Source: Eledone cirrhosa (lineage: Eukaryota). Taken from it: a stretch of DNA of 64,000 nt. The stretch lies in contig OZ024746.1 of NCBI GenBank assembly GCA_964016885.1, forward strand, positions 73,408,001 through 73,472,000. Reading direction: 5' to 3'. The position numbers and the translations under genes were made by a program. The notes under the pieces are model-generated. The model did not search any database. It was not told the origin of the DNA and was given only the letters and a program-made list of their open reading frames with translations. Below are positions 40,993-53,687 of the stretch, one piece after another; the first letter of the stretch is position 1, and every line of letters starts with the position of its first letter.

Positions 40993-41790
40993 AGTTCAGT
41001 AATGCGCCTTTCTGAGTTCTGCACTTTAGGCGATTACTAAGTTGACCTAAATAAGGGGCCGGTCATGCCCCCACAATCATGTTGTTCTTTTGTTGTTTCA
41101 GTTATAAGAACCACAATGGCTTGCTAACACCTATTTTGGCCTTTGTCACGAACTATCGGTCATAAATGTTTTATTCTCTGTTTTGTCTGTTTATAGATCG
41201 TGATTTGTTGTAATTTAGTGAAGGGGGAGAGAGAGAAGCGTTTGCTAATTCTCTCCAGCTGAAGAAATTCAAATTAACGATTATCATATCTGCCATAAGA
41301 ATGAATAATATGATAAAGAAATAAAGAACGAAAGAAAGAAATAGTAAATCTGTTGTTTATTCTGAGGTCAGCTGTGACCGACCAAAAAGCTATGATCAAA
41401 GAAATTCACGTTACAATCATTCGATCTTGTTAGACCATAGAATATCTAGGAGAACAGTATTTAGTGTTTTCTCCCCCTTTTTAATATTATGAAATGTGAG
41501 GGATTTGGCTGTTATTTCTAGCAAGCTTTACATTGAAAAATTATATTAAATGTTTATTTAATAAGTAAAGTGGAAGACGATATGCCCACTCTATCATGCG
41601 CCACGACTAAGGGCGCTGGAGTTTCTATCTAATTTTCTTTTAGCCAAGTTAACACACAGCATTGTCGCAGGTGATAGACATTGGAGTAACCAGGCAGCCT
41701 CTAATACATGGGTAAGGCGAACCGCCAACAATGACCAGAAGCTCATTGTCAACAGGCCATCTCCCCAAAAATGTCTCGAACGCTGTAGAC

Positions 41791-42306
41791 CAGGGGTGTG
41801 CAACATATTCCATTGTGAGCCACTTTTGAACATTGGAACAACTATTAGGATCATTAATATTTATTAGGTGGATTGGCAGTATCGGTAGAGGGTCGGACGT
41901 CATGCTTTGACGCATAGAATTACGGCCCTTTCCATTCTGAGTTCAAATCCCGCCGAGGTCAACTTTGCCTTTCATCCTTACGGGGTCGATAAAATAAAGT
42001 ACCAGTAATGTACTGGGTATTTGCTGGCCTTGTGCCAAAAGTAGAAACAATTAATATTTATTAAGCACTATTCCAAAGATCCACCACAATTTCTTTCCAT
42101 AACATGGAACTGGGAAATTATAACACACATAACCCTGTCAGTGAAGCCTTTTAGAATAGGTCAACTAACAGAAAATTGTATTATGGTTACGAAAAAAATT
42201 CTAAATATTGCCTATCAGGTAAAAATTATAAACGGTCATCGCGGGCCACTCTGACTGGTCTGGCAGGCTGGATAGTGGCCCGCGAGCCGCCTGTTGCACG
42301 CCCCTG
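41791..42306. mobile_element. hAT (Charlie-like) MITE with nested SINE
   Basis: TIR caggggtgtgcaac / gttgcacgcccctg; 8-bp TSD ctgtagac/ctatagac; SINE 41867-42049 with 14-bp TSD attaatatttatta. Confidence 0.88.
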
Positions 42307-42559
42307 CTATAGACTTTTAAAAAAATATAGTTTATCGATAATTCCTGGTACTTTGCTACGGATGCTGTGAACGTTAACTTTACCGCAGCATCCAGGATGT
42401 GGGAAGGAGCAAAAAAGTCGTTAATTGTGGCGTCCCGAAAGAGACATGTACCTCTTACTCAGGGACAAAGAGTAAGACCATCTAGCCTCATCCCATCAAC
42501 CCTGGACAATTCAGCTGGCTCCAGAATTGAGGAGATATTGATTCGAGTTAAGGCTGTCG

Positions 42560-42750
42560 TGTTAGAATTTTTAGACCCCGGTCAGCCCTAATTAAAACAA
42601 TCTCTCATCAAAAAAATTCCACAAAGACTATCCGGCTTTCTTCCAAGTAAATAGTATTTAAGATTATGTTATTAGATGTGATATTTTTTTTTAAGTTGGA
42701 AGAATAGGATTCAAGGAATATTTGGCTGTTCTTTCTAGCTCGCCGAGCGC
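42560..42750. repeat. Old interspersed repeat family (ccccaggtcagccctgatcgag...gatttggctgctatttctagc)
   Basis: Diverged copies also near 11885, 12335, 19040, 30380, 41350, 43260 and inverted near 32070, 36770, 63200. Confidence 0.6.
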
Positions 42751-43141
42751 CCGTGCAATTGCATAACTGTTTCCCCATCCCATTGTTAATTGTTAACCAA
42801 CAAAAAAACGAAACTGGTAAAGAAAAAACATAAGGAAAGCATAAATTTTACCTCTTAAATGAGACAGGTGTAGTTATAAAAACTCCGAGGGTACCCCACC
42901 ACCACACGAATAATTTCCGACGGTTTTGAATGTCAATTCGTTCAAAACCCACACGTAAAACAAATTTCAACATGAGACAGATATAATTTACCGAAAAAAA
43001 ACTATGAACTCGTTCTGTTTGTTTGTTTTTTTTAAATGATACATTATCTTACTTCTCTCTATTCTTGCTGGGTATTTCTTTAACAAAGAATATGTCTAGT
43101 TTGTCACCGGTTAAGAATACACCGGTTAATCAGTTTACAAA

Positions 43142-43212
43142 ATGAATTTATGTAAACATCTGACTAAAGCTCAAAAATTAAATTTCAAAAGGTTACTCAC
43201 TTTATTAGAACG
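43142..43212 (+). CDS. GUF1: GUF1 probable first coding exon (mitochondrial presequence MNLCKHLTKAQKLNFKRLLTLLER)
   Basis: acaaaATG context, K/R/L-rich peptide with one acidic residue, strong donor CG|GTAAGT in phase 2, matching the acceptor phase at 56147. Inferred from phase and composition, not homology. Confidence 0.62.
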
Positions 43213-45849
43213 GTAAGTTAGCATTTTGTTTAAACTTCCAGTCACCTCTACAACAGTTGATTATCCCCGAGTCAGCCCTGATCGAGTAAAACGTAATTTA
43301 AAATTGTTCCGACTGTGATAATCTCGTCGTTTTTTGTTGTTTTTTTTTACAGACAGTAGTCAACATTATCTAATGTGTCTTTCCTTTTTTAATGGTAGGG
43401 TATAATTTGAGGGAGATTTGGTTGATATTTCTAATAGGTCAAACGACTATACAACAGTATAAATGAAAAGGGAAATAAACTGAATACAAACAATGATTGT
43501 ATGTTGCAACTTCAGTTACCAAGACCGGCTAAGCATGTTATCTCTTTTGCTGTGTTTCCGTCCTATGATACAAGGTTAGTCTTTCTAATCATCCAATGAT
43601 TTGTCCGAGTTAATGGTATGATTTGAGGGGAATTTGCTACTATTTCTAGCACAGAGTTAACTGCTATTTCTAGCAAATCATAATTACTGAACAGCAATAT
43701 AAGCTCTCCTCCAATCTGACTCTGTTGGGGGTAACTCTTGGTCCAACTAACAAATCCAGTATTTCTAATATCGTTTACTTAATATCTTAAAGGGGTGGTG
43801 ACAAGTTTGTCCGAATGATTACAAGAAGCAATGACTGCCCTAATGTTGAGACAAACAAAAACGAGGTGGGATGACCTTTTTATATATTAGAAGACTGGAC
43901 TGAAATTGACTGCTATCCAATAAGGACGAATTAAAAAAGAAATATATTTTATACTGCGAAACATTGGTTGTTTTATAAAATATAAAAACTCCAACAAGAT
44001 GTCAAAAAATATTTTCAAATTGTTGCATTTGATGGCACATACGACAAACCAGTCGCTTTGGTACTTCGGAACATTTTGGGGTAGGTACTCTATCGCAAGA
44101 AATGTATTTCATGACGTTTTATTTATTTTTCTTATAAACTGTATTTTATAAATCTAAAACTGCCCATTGAAAAGTATGGGGAGTGTTCCTACTCCCCGGC
44201 GACGGGTCCAATATAAGGCCTCCTTCAATTGCGAGCAAAGAATTTTTTTTTTATATGAATGAGTGTTTACGGTGTTTATTGACCTAAAAGCTCACTCGTG
44301 GTGTCAAAGCCGACAGTTTGACATTGATGCAATTGTGCCTTTTATAAAATGTAATTATAGGATGTTGTTCTCTTTAAAAGTTTTTTTAATGCTAAATTAT
44401 TTATATATCTATCTAATTCTCAATTATTTAATAGCAATTTTACTGTGTACATCAGGATAGACAGATAGAGAGAAGGAGGATAGGAGACAACCACTATCAA
44501 TTAATGGGTATCATTGACACTAGATCTTTGAAGAAAGCGAAAATACCTTGTACGATACACCAGATTCATTTCGCCTGCTCCATATATATAATATATACAC
44601 ACGCAAGAGCCTACGAGGGAACACAAAACCTAAGTAATCTTAGTGATAAGAAACTCTCAGGAGAGCTTGACAGCAGTATGCCTTTAGAGATGAAACCCCA
44701 CTCAAGCGAGAGTTTCAGCCCATAACTTTTAAGTAATTAATCCAGTGAATCGGATGAGAGTATAGAGAAATACACACTAAGTTTTATATACATAGATTTT
44801 TCTTTCTGTTTAAGACAAAACATTCATTATAACTTTTTTACTAATTTCAAAAATTAATTGTCTTTCTCGAGGCATTAAAAATTTTCATTATAATTACTTT
44901 TATTTTTAAATAAATTAACATTCTTAGACAATACATAATTTTTATTATACATTTTTAAATAGAAAAATTAATTATCATTTCTGTCAGCACAAACTTTTAA
45001 ATATAATCTTATTTAAGTAATTTGAAAAACTAATATTGCTTTTCTGTAAAACAAAGTTTTCATTATAAACTTTAAAAAATTTTAAATTAAAAAAAAAAAT
45101 CAATTTACGTTTTGGAGAAATAAAAATCTTCATTATAAACTAAGTGTTAGAACTTTAGATCAAATATGTCATAGTGGTATTCGTTCTGGCTCTCTGAGTT
45201 CTAAACCCAATGAGGTTATCTTTACTTTTAATCCTTTGGAGATCAATAAAAATATTTCTTCCGTGTCTCTTTCTCAATTCACCACTATCACTTTCTCCTC
45301 TGGAAGAGATCGACTGTGTTCAGAGCTGAAGATGATATGGACTCTGCTAGGATTAAACTGCTCATGACATGCTATATGTCATAATAGAGCCCTTACGACT
45401 GCTTCATTTCATTAAATATATCCAGTATTTTATTGGCCTTATGGGGTCGATAAAATAAAGTACCAGTAATGCACTGAGTAATTCCTGGCCTTGTGCCTAA
45501 AGTAGAAGCAAGTATTTTATTGGCAAAATGGAAATTTGGAGGAGTTGAACTTGGAATGTAAAGAATTGGACTGATTCTGCCTATAACTTTCTCCTCTATT
45601 GAAGAGCCCATATATGCAACATACAATAGAAAAAACATATACATAGAGATTACAAAATGTGTCAGGATGAACAAAAACGTTATATAAAAGTAAAGTGAGA
45701 ATCAAACACTATACAATATACATAAGGTATAGTGGGACATGGTAACTATTCCATATAAGTAAATAATTATATAAAAACATACACAATAATTAAAAAAGAT
45801 AATGTAAAAACATGAAAAACATTTAAGGTGTAAACATTTTGGGGTAAGT

Positions 45850-46760
45850 TTGACCTTGAAGAGCTCAACATCTCCTGTGATAGTCCGTTAATCCTCTCCA
45901 TCCTCCATTTGTTACCTATACTTGCAAGAAGTGATGTGGTACTACTTAGAGGAGGGATTCAGCCTTAACAGCTTCTCCAACTAAGTACAAGGTGATCTGC
46001 TCTGCTATTTCCCGCATTTGGACCAGTACTGCTGTTGTTTCCGATTCTGCTACTATCTCTTTCATTTTGTTTTTGTCCTTCAAAGCAGAAAACCTTCAAG
46101 TGGCCGTTACTGCCACAAAAGTAACAGCTGGGGTTTCTCCCCTGCGCCACCTGTCTCATTGCTTTTGTTTTTGCACCCACAATGGGGCACAGCTCTGGAA
46201 TGGCTCAATGGTTTTCACCAGTTATTGGGACATGTAAGTTTATGACCTCTATTGACCTTATATCATTTTTCATTACTTCTGCACTCACCGTCTGCTCATA
46301 TTGTGCTACAAAGGTGATGAACCATATCTCAATATCACTGCCAGAGTCTTTGTATTGCAGTATGAGCATATGAACAGGTGTGTGTTACATTATCTCTGCT
46401 CGTGACCTGGCCTCACCCTCAATTTTGAAAACTAAATGAGCAACACAGCTGGTTAATTACATCACCCCACATGTTGATCAGGGCTTTGCTTAGTTCTCTT
46501 GAGGGCACACTGAATTCCCCTCTACTTTATGTGAGGCAGAAATATATTACATTTCTCCATGTCTATTACCTTAGGCAAGGTGAAAGACTGCTTCCAACCT
46601 CTTTCTTCAACTGGATTCTGTGTCCAAAAATTTCTTTTGACAGGCAAGGTTGGCAAAGTTCCTTCCCATGCCACTAATGTTCTCACTAAAAAAAATGTGT
46701 TCTTATTGCCAAAGATGCCATGCATTCAAATAGACCATGTGGTTGTAAAGCAAATTTCTT
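45850..46760 (-). mobile_element. Decayed LTR-retrotransposon gag remnant
   Basis: CCHC knuckle CYFCGSNGHLKVFC in ORF 45965-46180; broken gag-like frames upstream. Confidence 0.65.
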
Positions 46761-47239
46761 AACTACACAGCTATACTTATATATTTAAATAATTCACATC
46801 AGACTATATCTGTATTGACTAACTTTGATGTTTGAGAGAAATGTTCATCAGAAAGCTCCATTTGTATAAGAAAGATTTTGAAAAAATCTAATTAAATATG
46901 TTATTTTTAATTCCACATCAAACAATTGTTAGAAAGAAATGAAATGTGTTTATTCCTCTCAATGTGTTATATTGAATGATGGGAAAAGCAAAAATGTTGT
47001 GATGGAAAAGCTGGATATAACAGGAATCAAATGTAGTGTGTTCTGGTATGGGTATATGATACAAATGAAGGTCACCAGTTGTACAAAGAAGTAGCAAGTG
47101 GTTGAAGTAGTTGGAATGAGGGAGACTAAAGAAGACATGGGGCATAGTAGTAAAACTAAGCTCATACAGCTGAATTTGTGAGGTAGTATTTTATAACTGG
47201 AAGCCCTTCCTGCTGGTAACTCTTTTAGTTGCCTCTTAA

Positions 47240-47447
47240 CCCTTTAGTATTTACATTACACTATATTTACTATTATATTTTCATGGTAAATACTTTACCT
47301 CAATTAATTATCGCATAATATCGAATCTATGAGATTTTGATATTAATCATTTTGAGAACAATACCTTAACATTAGTATCAGTGGCCAGTTTGAACAGAAA
47401 GAGGTGAGAGAATTCTGGCCAGTTACGGCCAGTTAAATGCTAAAGGG
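47240..47447 (+). mobile_element. piggyBac-type MITE, TTAA TSD
   Basis: ttaa|ccctttag...ctaaaggg|ttaa. Confidence 0.88.
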
Positions 47448-48229
47448 TTAAGACACACAAAGTAACCTATTCTAAAAACTTGTATATACACAATATAAAC
47501 TAGAAAAATGTATTAAAGACAGTAAATACTAGAAATGTACTTTAAAAACAGTATAAACTAAAAATGTTTTAGAAATGGTTTAGTAACAGTATAAGAGAAA
47601 AATGTACTTCAAAGAGAGAAAGAAAATGGGTCATTAAAAGTCATTTTTGTTTTACAGGTAGGCAGCTACCACACACACACACACACACACTCATTTTATC
47701 AAAAGCCTTTGAAGATGAAATTTATCTATTGACTATCAAATTACAAATAGCCACTTTCACTCTTTCTCCCTTTATATGTAAACACACACAAGTAAAATAG
47801 AGAGACACATATGCACAAAGAAGAGTGATTAGGTAGAAATGTGTTAAATACTGATCATGAATGCTGCATGTCTATGAATTACTGTATATGATATGTTTAA
47901 CATTCAAATTTACTCTAATTGGGAAGAGTGGGTGTGGCACCTTATATAAAATCACCTGTTAATATACCTTACCCACACTAATGAACCTTGATTTAAATTT
48001 TACAAATGGACATTAAATAATGATGATAATACACACACACGCACACACATATATATATACTGGTATCCACCTGTTTATGTTGGGGCCAATAATGTTGTTA
48101 GAATTCCATACAGTCTTGAAGAGATAATTTCAACAAGATCATGTAATGAGAGCTATAGTTCTTTTAGTAGACTTTCACTTTCATCACATAAGCTTACATC
48201 GAAAATTCTAGTCAAGCTACAGAGTCATA

Positions 48230-48445
48230 TCATCATCATCATCGTTTAACGTCCCTGTTCCACGCTTGCATGGGTTTGGACGGGGGTTTTCCCACTTGAG
48301 GCAAGAGTGGTTGTCTTGCTCGCATAGGACTGTCTGGCGGGTTTTCTACAGCTGGATGCCCTTCCTAACACCAACCACATTTACAGTGTGGGACTGGGAG
48401 GTTTTTACCGTGTTGCCTACACGGCCACATTACAGCGTGGACTGT
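48230..48445 (-). mobile_element. Element with RTE-type (GAT)n 3' tail; near-identical inverted copy at 62003-62226
   Basis: Matching translations in ORFs 48266-48505 (+) and 61989-62264 (-); related copies at 51900-52105 and 58340-58865. Confidence 0.8.
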
Positions 48446-48749
48446 GTGTTTTTTTGTCGTTTGTTTCGGCCTGGATGTTGTGGCACCAACATAACTTTGC
48501 ATTGAAGGGGGCGGTGTGGATGGGGTGGGACGGGGGTGTATTTTGTTAGAGATGCCTACTGACTAGTAGGTTTTACTTTGTATTTAGGTAAGGCGGATCT
48601 TCTCTGTTACTGAGTACCGCCAAAGGTCTCGGTCCAGTAACATTGTCTTGGAGAGGTGTAAGTGTGTGAGGTCGGAATTTATCAGCTCCTCCCAGGTTTT
48701 CCTGGGTCTGCCTACTCTGTGGCTACCATCTATCTTTATATATATATAT

Positions 48750-49440
48750 ATAGGGCGGGTAAAATTCCCGAGATCCATGGACGAGTTCTCTCCAGCGGTC
48801 TCTGTCCCTCATTATCGCTGCCATGTCCTGCGTCTCCAAGAGACGGTGTCTGTCCTTAGGGCATCAATATATGTTAACTTCGGTCTTCCTCTTCCAGTGT
48901 GTCCATGCAGGGGCTCCCACAGGAGCACTGAGTGCAGTGTCAACTCTGGATGTTGGTGAGCATGGCCAGCTAACCTCAATCTCCTCTGTCACTTTCGAGC
49001 TGACTTTTGGGAGGCTCCCATACAGTGAAGGAGGCAGAGGATTTGATGCAGGAGGTGGAGACTATGTCGATGACTGTTGGGCTGAGAATAAATGAGATTA
49101 AGATGAAATATCTGGTAGAGAATATTAAGAAGCCAGAGAAGATTACTAATGTAGGCGGGAAGCCGTTAGAATTGGTTGACGAATTCCTGTATTTGGGCGC
49201 AAAGATTGGGAATACGGAAGATAATGTGGTCGAGAGGAAGAGCAAAGCCTGGGTGGCGTGCCACAGCTTGAGATCTGTGTGTAAGTCGGACCTTCGTAAA
49301 GACCTGAAGATCTGTCTCTTCATTGCTGTATGGGTCTGAGACTTGGACACTGACCAAGAAACTCACTCAGATGGTGGATGGGTGCTACACGAGAATGCTG
49401 AGGATGGCTCTGAATATTAATCAGTATATACTGAGGATTT
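48750..49440 (-). mobile_element. RTE-like LINE with inverted 5' segment
   Basis: 48750-49025 minus strand (LYGSLPKV to 3' end); 49025-49440 plus strand (FLYLG...YGSETWTL...RMLRMALNINQY). Confidence 0.85.
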
Positions 49441-49524
49441 GTATATATAGATGTCCCACCCTTGCAAGCAGGGAAAAGCAGACGTAAAATGATGATGATG
49501 ATGATGTATAATGTGTGTGTGTAT

Positions 49525-49868
49525 GTGTATTGAACAATGAAAATAAACAAAAGTCAAAGATAGGTTCTTAATTAATTCATTGTTTTATAATCTTTTCAGA
49601 GGTTTGATTGATGATGGTAAATCAATATATTGACTACTAGATAATGGTTATGTCACAACATATTTCTAGTGTCAATATCCTAGATCTGAGGAAGACATTG
49701 AGATGTATCTAGGATATTGGGACTAGAAATAGGTGGTGATATAACCACCATCTATTAGTCAATATATAGATTTACCATGATTAAAACCCTCTGAAACGAT
49801 CATAAAACAATGAAATAATTAAAAACCTATCTTTGACTTTTATTTTGTTTTCATTGTTCAATACACAC
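49525..49868. repeat. Fold-back repeat (~160-bp diverged arms)
   Basis: 49525-49685 vs 49708-49868, microsatellite on both sides. Confidence 0.88.
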
Positions 49869-50128
49869 GCACACACACATATATATATATATATGTGTGT
49901 GTGTGAAATAGATATTGTTTTTAAACAAAAATTAGAAACATAGGTGAATTTAAAAATAGCTCAAAATAGAGTAATTTATTATAATAAGCAGTACAAAAGG
50001 CTGTTTCATACTTTGGAAGAATTTTCCAAACAAATGTATACAAAATCCTACTGTGCTAAAAATAATAATTACACATGAAGCAAATTATTCATTAAAATAG
50101 ATACCAAATACATTTTTACATTAAATGT

Positions 50129-50173
50129 TGATTTACGAACATTTCGTCCCTTTCTTGGAACTTGTCAAAATCA
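50129..50173 (-). ncRNA. Minimal hammerhead motif, U3-A8 variant
   Basis: UGAUU-UUGACAA-GUUCC-aagaaa-GGGAC-GAAA-UGUUCG-UA-AAUCA; mutated partner at 53220-53264 (+). Confidence 0.62.
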
Positions 50174-50182
50174 GTTATTTAA

Positions 50183-50391
50183 CCGTTTAGCATTTACATT
50201 ACTCTATATATACTATTATATTTTCACGGTAAAGGCTTTACCTCACATAATTATCTCATTTAATATTGAATCTCTGAGATGTTGATATTATTTATTTTGA
50301 GAACAGTACCTTAACATAAAATATGAGCCGGTTTGAACAGAAAGAGGTGAGAGAATTCTGACCAGATTTGGCCAGTTTAAATGCTAAAGGG
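50183..50391 (+). mobile_element. piggyBac-type MITE, TTAA TSD, empty site in opposite palindrome arm
   Basis: Filled site gttatttaa[MITE]ttaagatt vs empty site aatcttaaataac at ~53207-53219. Confidence 0.9.
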
Positions 50392-50797
50392 TTAAGATTA
50401 AAAACCTCACTATAAACCTCACCAAAACACTCAACAACCAAAGAAATTGTTTACATTTAAAAATTCAAAACAACACCGTAATACAGAAATATAATGTCAA
50501 ACCACTCTAGCACATTATTATAAAAACTTATTTTAAAAATTAATAGATGATAAATAGAAAAAGAGAAATATAAACTTGATAAAAATATTATAAAAGATAA
50601 GAAGGAAAAAATAAAGACATATCTGCATACATATACACACACATATATACAAATATAGATATATACATACACTCACATCTACATATATACACACGTATAT
50701 ATAGATATACACCCACATACACGTACATATATAACATACATAACCACATACAAATATATATGCACATATACATACTTATATATATATATAAATATAC

Positions 50798-50828
<31 letters not shown>

Positions 50829-51279
50829 TATACATATATAAATATACATATATACATACACGATGAACATTAAATGATGATGACGTATATATGCATACAC
50901 ATATACACGTACATACACACATATACCTACACATATATATACATACATATACACACAAACATATATAAAAGAAAAGAAAAAAAAATCACATACTAATACA
51001 TACATGCACATACATATATACAAACACATACTTAAACAATGACATAAATGTATACCTAACACTCACATATACACATATGTAAAAATACATAAATGTTCAT
51101 ACCAATACACGAATACACACATTTATATAGAGACATACATAGATACATATTAAAAAATTAATCTATTTCCTCATAAAAATCAGATCTTGAAATATACTTG
51201 AATATACAAAATCTATAGAAAAAATAAGAATAGAAAAAGGTAAGTATATACATAAAAACAATAACACCCACATGGAAGA

Positions 51280-51311
<32 letters not shown>

Positions 51312-52262
51312 ATTAATAAAAATAATGAATAAAAACAAAGAAACAGTTCCTTATATTAAAAAATTCTATATATATATATGTGTGTGTCTATGTATGTGTG
51401 TATTTTTCTTCTATGTGGGTGTTATTTTTTATGTATATATATATATTTATATAAAAAAGAAAAGTTCGCTCTACATGGCTGAATACAATAAATGTAATCT
51501 GAGTTTTTCGAATATTAATTATAACATTCATTTGTAATTATGCAAACAAGCCTCAATTTTATGTCAGTAGAATGAACACTTCATTCTTGCTCTTGTGTTG
51601 GCATGCCAACAGAACTGTAAGAATGAACTGTCCATTCTACTGACATGGCTATAAAATTGAGGCTTGTTTGCATAATTGCAAACGAATCGAATGTTATTAT
51701 TAATAATGGAAAAACTCAGATTACATATATTTGTATATATACAAAGCGAAACCTACAGTCAAGTAGACACCTCTTAACCAAAAATACACCCCCACCTCAC
51801 TACCCCTACCCCCACCCCCATCTACACCACCTCTTTCGCTGTAAAGTTATGTTGGTACCACAAGATCCAGTCCTAAATAAATGAGGTTGTGTAGGTGTCA
51901 CGACAAAAAAAAACACACAGTCCACGCTGTAATGTGGCCGTGTAGGTAACACTGTAAACGTGGTTGGTGTTAGGAAGGGCATTCAGCCATAGAAAATCTT
52001 CCAGACAGTCCTATACGAGCAAGACAACCAATCTTGCCTCAAGTGGGACAATTCCCGTCTAAACCCATGCTAGCATGGAAGATAGATGTTAAACGATGAT
52101 GATGATATACACATAAAAATGAGGGGGGACCCTAAATAAAGCATAAGAATAATACATACATATATATATATAAATATATTTTAATTTTTTTCTATAGATT
52201 TTGTATATTTCTGGATTTGATTTTAAGAGGAAATAGATTAATTTTTAATATGTATCTATGTA

Positions 52263-52301
<39 letters not shown>

Positions 52302-52717
52302 ATTGGTGTCTGGGTGTGAACATGTATGTATTTTTACATGTGTGTATATGTGAATGTGCTTACCCATATATATATGTTAGGTATGCAATTATATCTTTAT
52401 TGTTTATGTATGTGTTTGTATCTATGAATCCGTGTATGAGTGTGCATATATGTATGTGGGTGTATATATATGTATGTGCATGTATATCTTAGTAAATGTG
52501 ATCATTTTTTAATATATATATATATTGTGTGTGTGTGTATGTATATATATATATATATAGTTATGTGTGTATGTATACATGTGTATAAATGTATATTTGT
52601 GTGTATATGTAGTTATATGTGTTTATGTATACATGTGTATAAATGTATATTTGTGTCTATATATATATATATGTAGTTATATGTGTGTATGTATACATGT
52701 GTATATTTGTGTGTGTA

Positions 52718-53054
52718 TCATCATCATCATTTTACGTCCGCTTTTCCCTGCTTACAAGGGTGGGACGGGAACTGATTCTGGCTTGATTTCTACAGCTGGA
52801 TGCCCTTCCTAACACCAACCTCATTTACAGTGAGTGCTGGGTGCTTTTTTGCTGTGGCACCTCCACGACCACTTTGCAGTGGAATGATATGGACCCCAGT
52901 CCCTATCATCTCATTTCTACAGCTGAGTAAACTGGAGCAATGTGAAATAAAGTGTCTTGCTCAAGGAAACAACACATCACCCGGTCTGAGAATTGAACTC
53001 ACAACCTTTCGATTGCAAGGCCAATGCTCTAACCACTAAGCCATGTGCCTCCAT
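52718..53054 (-). mobile_element. CORE-type tRNA-SINE with RTE-derived 3' tail
   Basis: tRNA-like head tggcttagtggttagagc...gagttcaattc, CORE-like ccttgagcaagacacttt, tail matching 59650-59700. Confidence 0.82.
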
Positions 53055-53489
53055 GTGTATCTATATATATATATATATATATCCATCTCTATCTATCTAG
53101 GGCGGGTAGAATTCCCGAGATCCATGGATCCATTATGGCGTTTTGAATCTTTAAATGTAAACAATTTCTTTGGCTGCTGGCTGTTGAGTGTTTTGGTGAG
53201 GTTTTTAATCTTAAATAACTGATTTCGACAAGTCACAAGAAGGGGACGAAATGTTCGTGAATCAACATTTAATGTAAAAACGTATTTGGTATCTATTTTA
53301 ATGAATATAGGATTTTGTATACATGTTTGTTTGGAAAATTCATTCAAAGAAGTATGAAACATAACCTTTTGTACTGCTTATTATAATAAATTACTCTATT
53401 TTGAGCTGTTTTTAACTTCTCCACCTATGTTTCTAATTTTTTTATATTGTTTTTGTAAAAAATGATATCTATTTCATATATATATATAA

Positions 53490-53578
53490 ATTGGGTCGTC
53501 AAGTATGAAATTTGTAGACCCCCCCCCCCCCCCCAAAAAAAAAACAATTTCTACAAATTTCATACTTGATGACTCAAT
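53490..53578. repeat. Short fold-back repeat with polyC-polyA spacer between (TA)n
   Basis: ttgggtcgtcaagtatgaaatttgtaga vs tctacaaatttcatacttgatgactcaa. Confidence 0.85.
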
Positions 53579-53588
53579 ATATATATAT

Positions 53589-53687
53589 AGGGTGTTCCAT
53601 AAAATTGTATACACACTTCAGCAGCATTCTAATTAATATTGGCTGTACAGGTAATCAAAGTCTGTATACGTTTCTTGGGACACCCTG
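53589..53687. mobile_element. Tc1/mariner-type MITE
   Basis: agggtgttcca ... tgggacaccctg termini in TA context. Confidence 0.65.

Larger units (their letters stand above)
49905..53480. repeat. ~3.6-kb nested inverted repeat in GUF1 intron 1
   Basis: 49905-50485 vs 53132-53480; ~51000-51225 vs 52185-52420; inner hairpin ~51480-51575 vs 51630-51735. Confidence 0.82.

Noticed and set aside
43999-44084. MSKNIFK... as GUF1 first exon
   Set aside because: Its strong donor is in the wrong phase; surrounding DNA looks like decayed hAT transposase (TRW motif).
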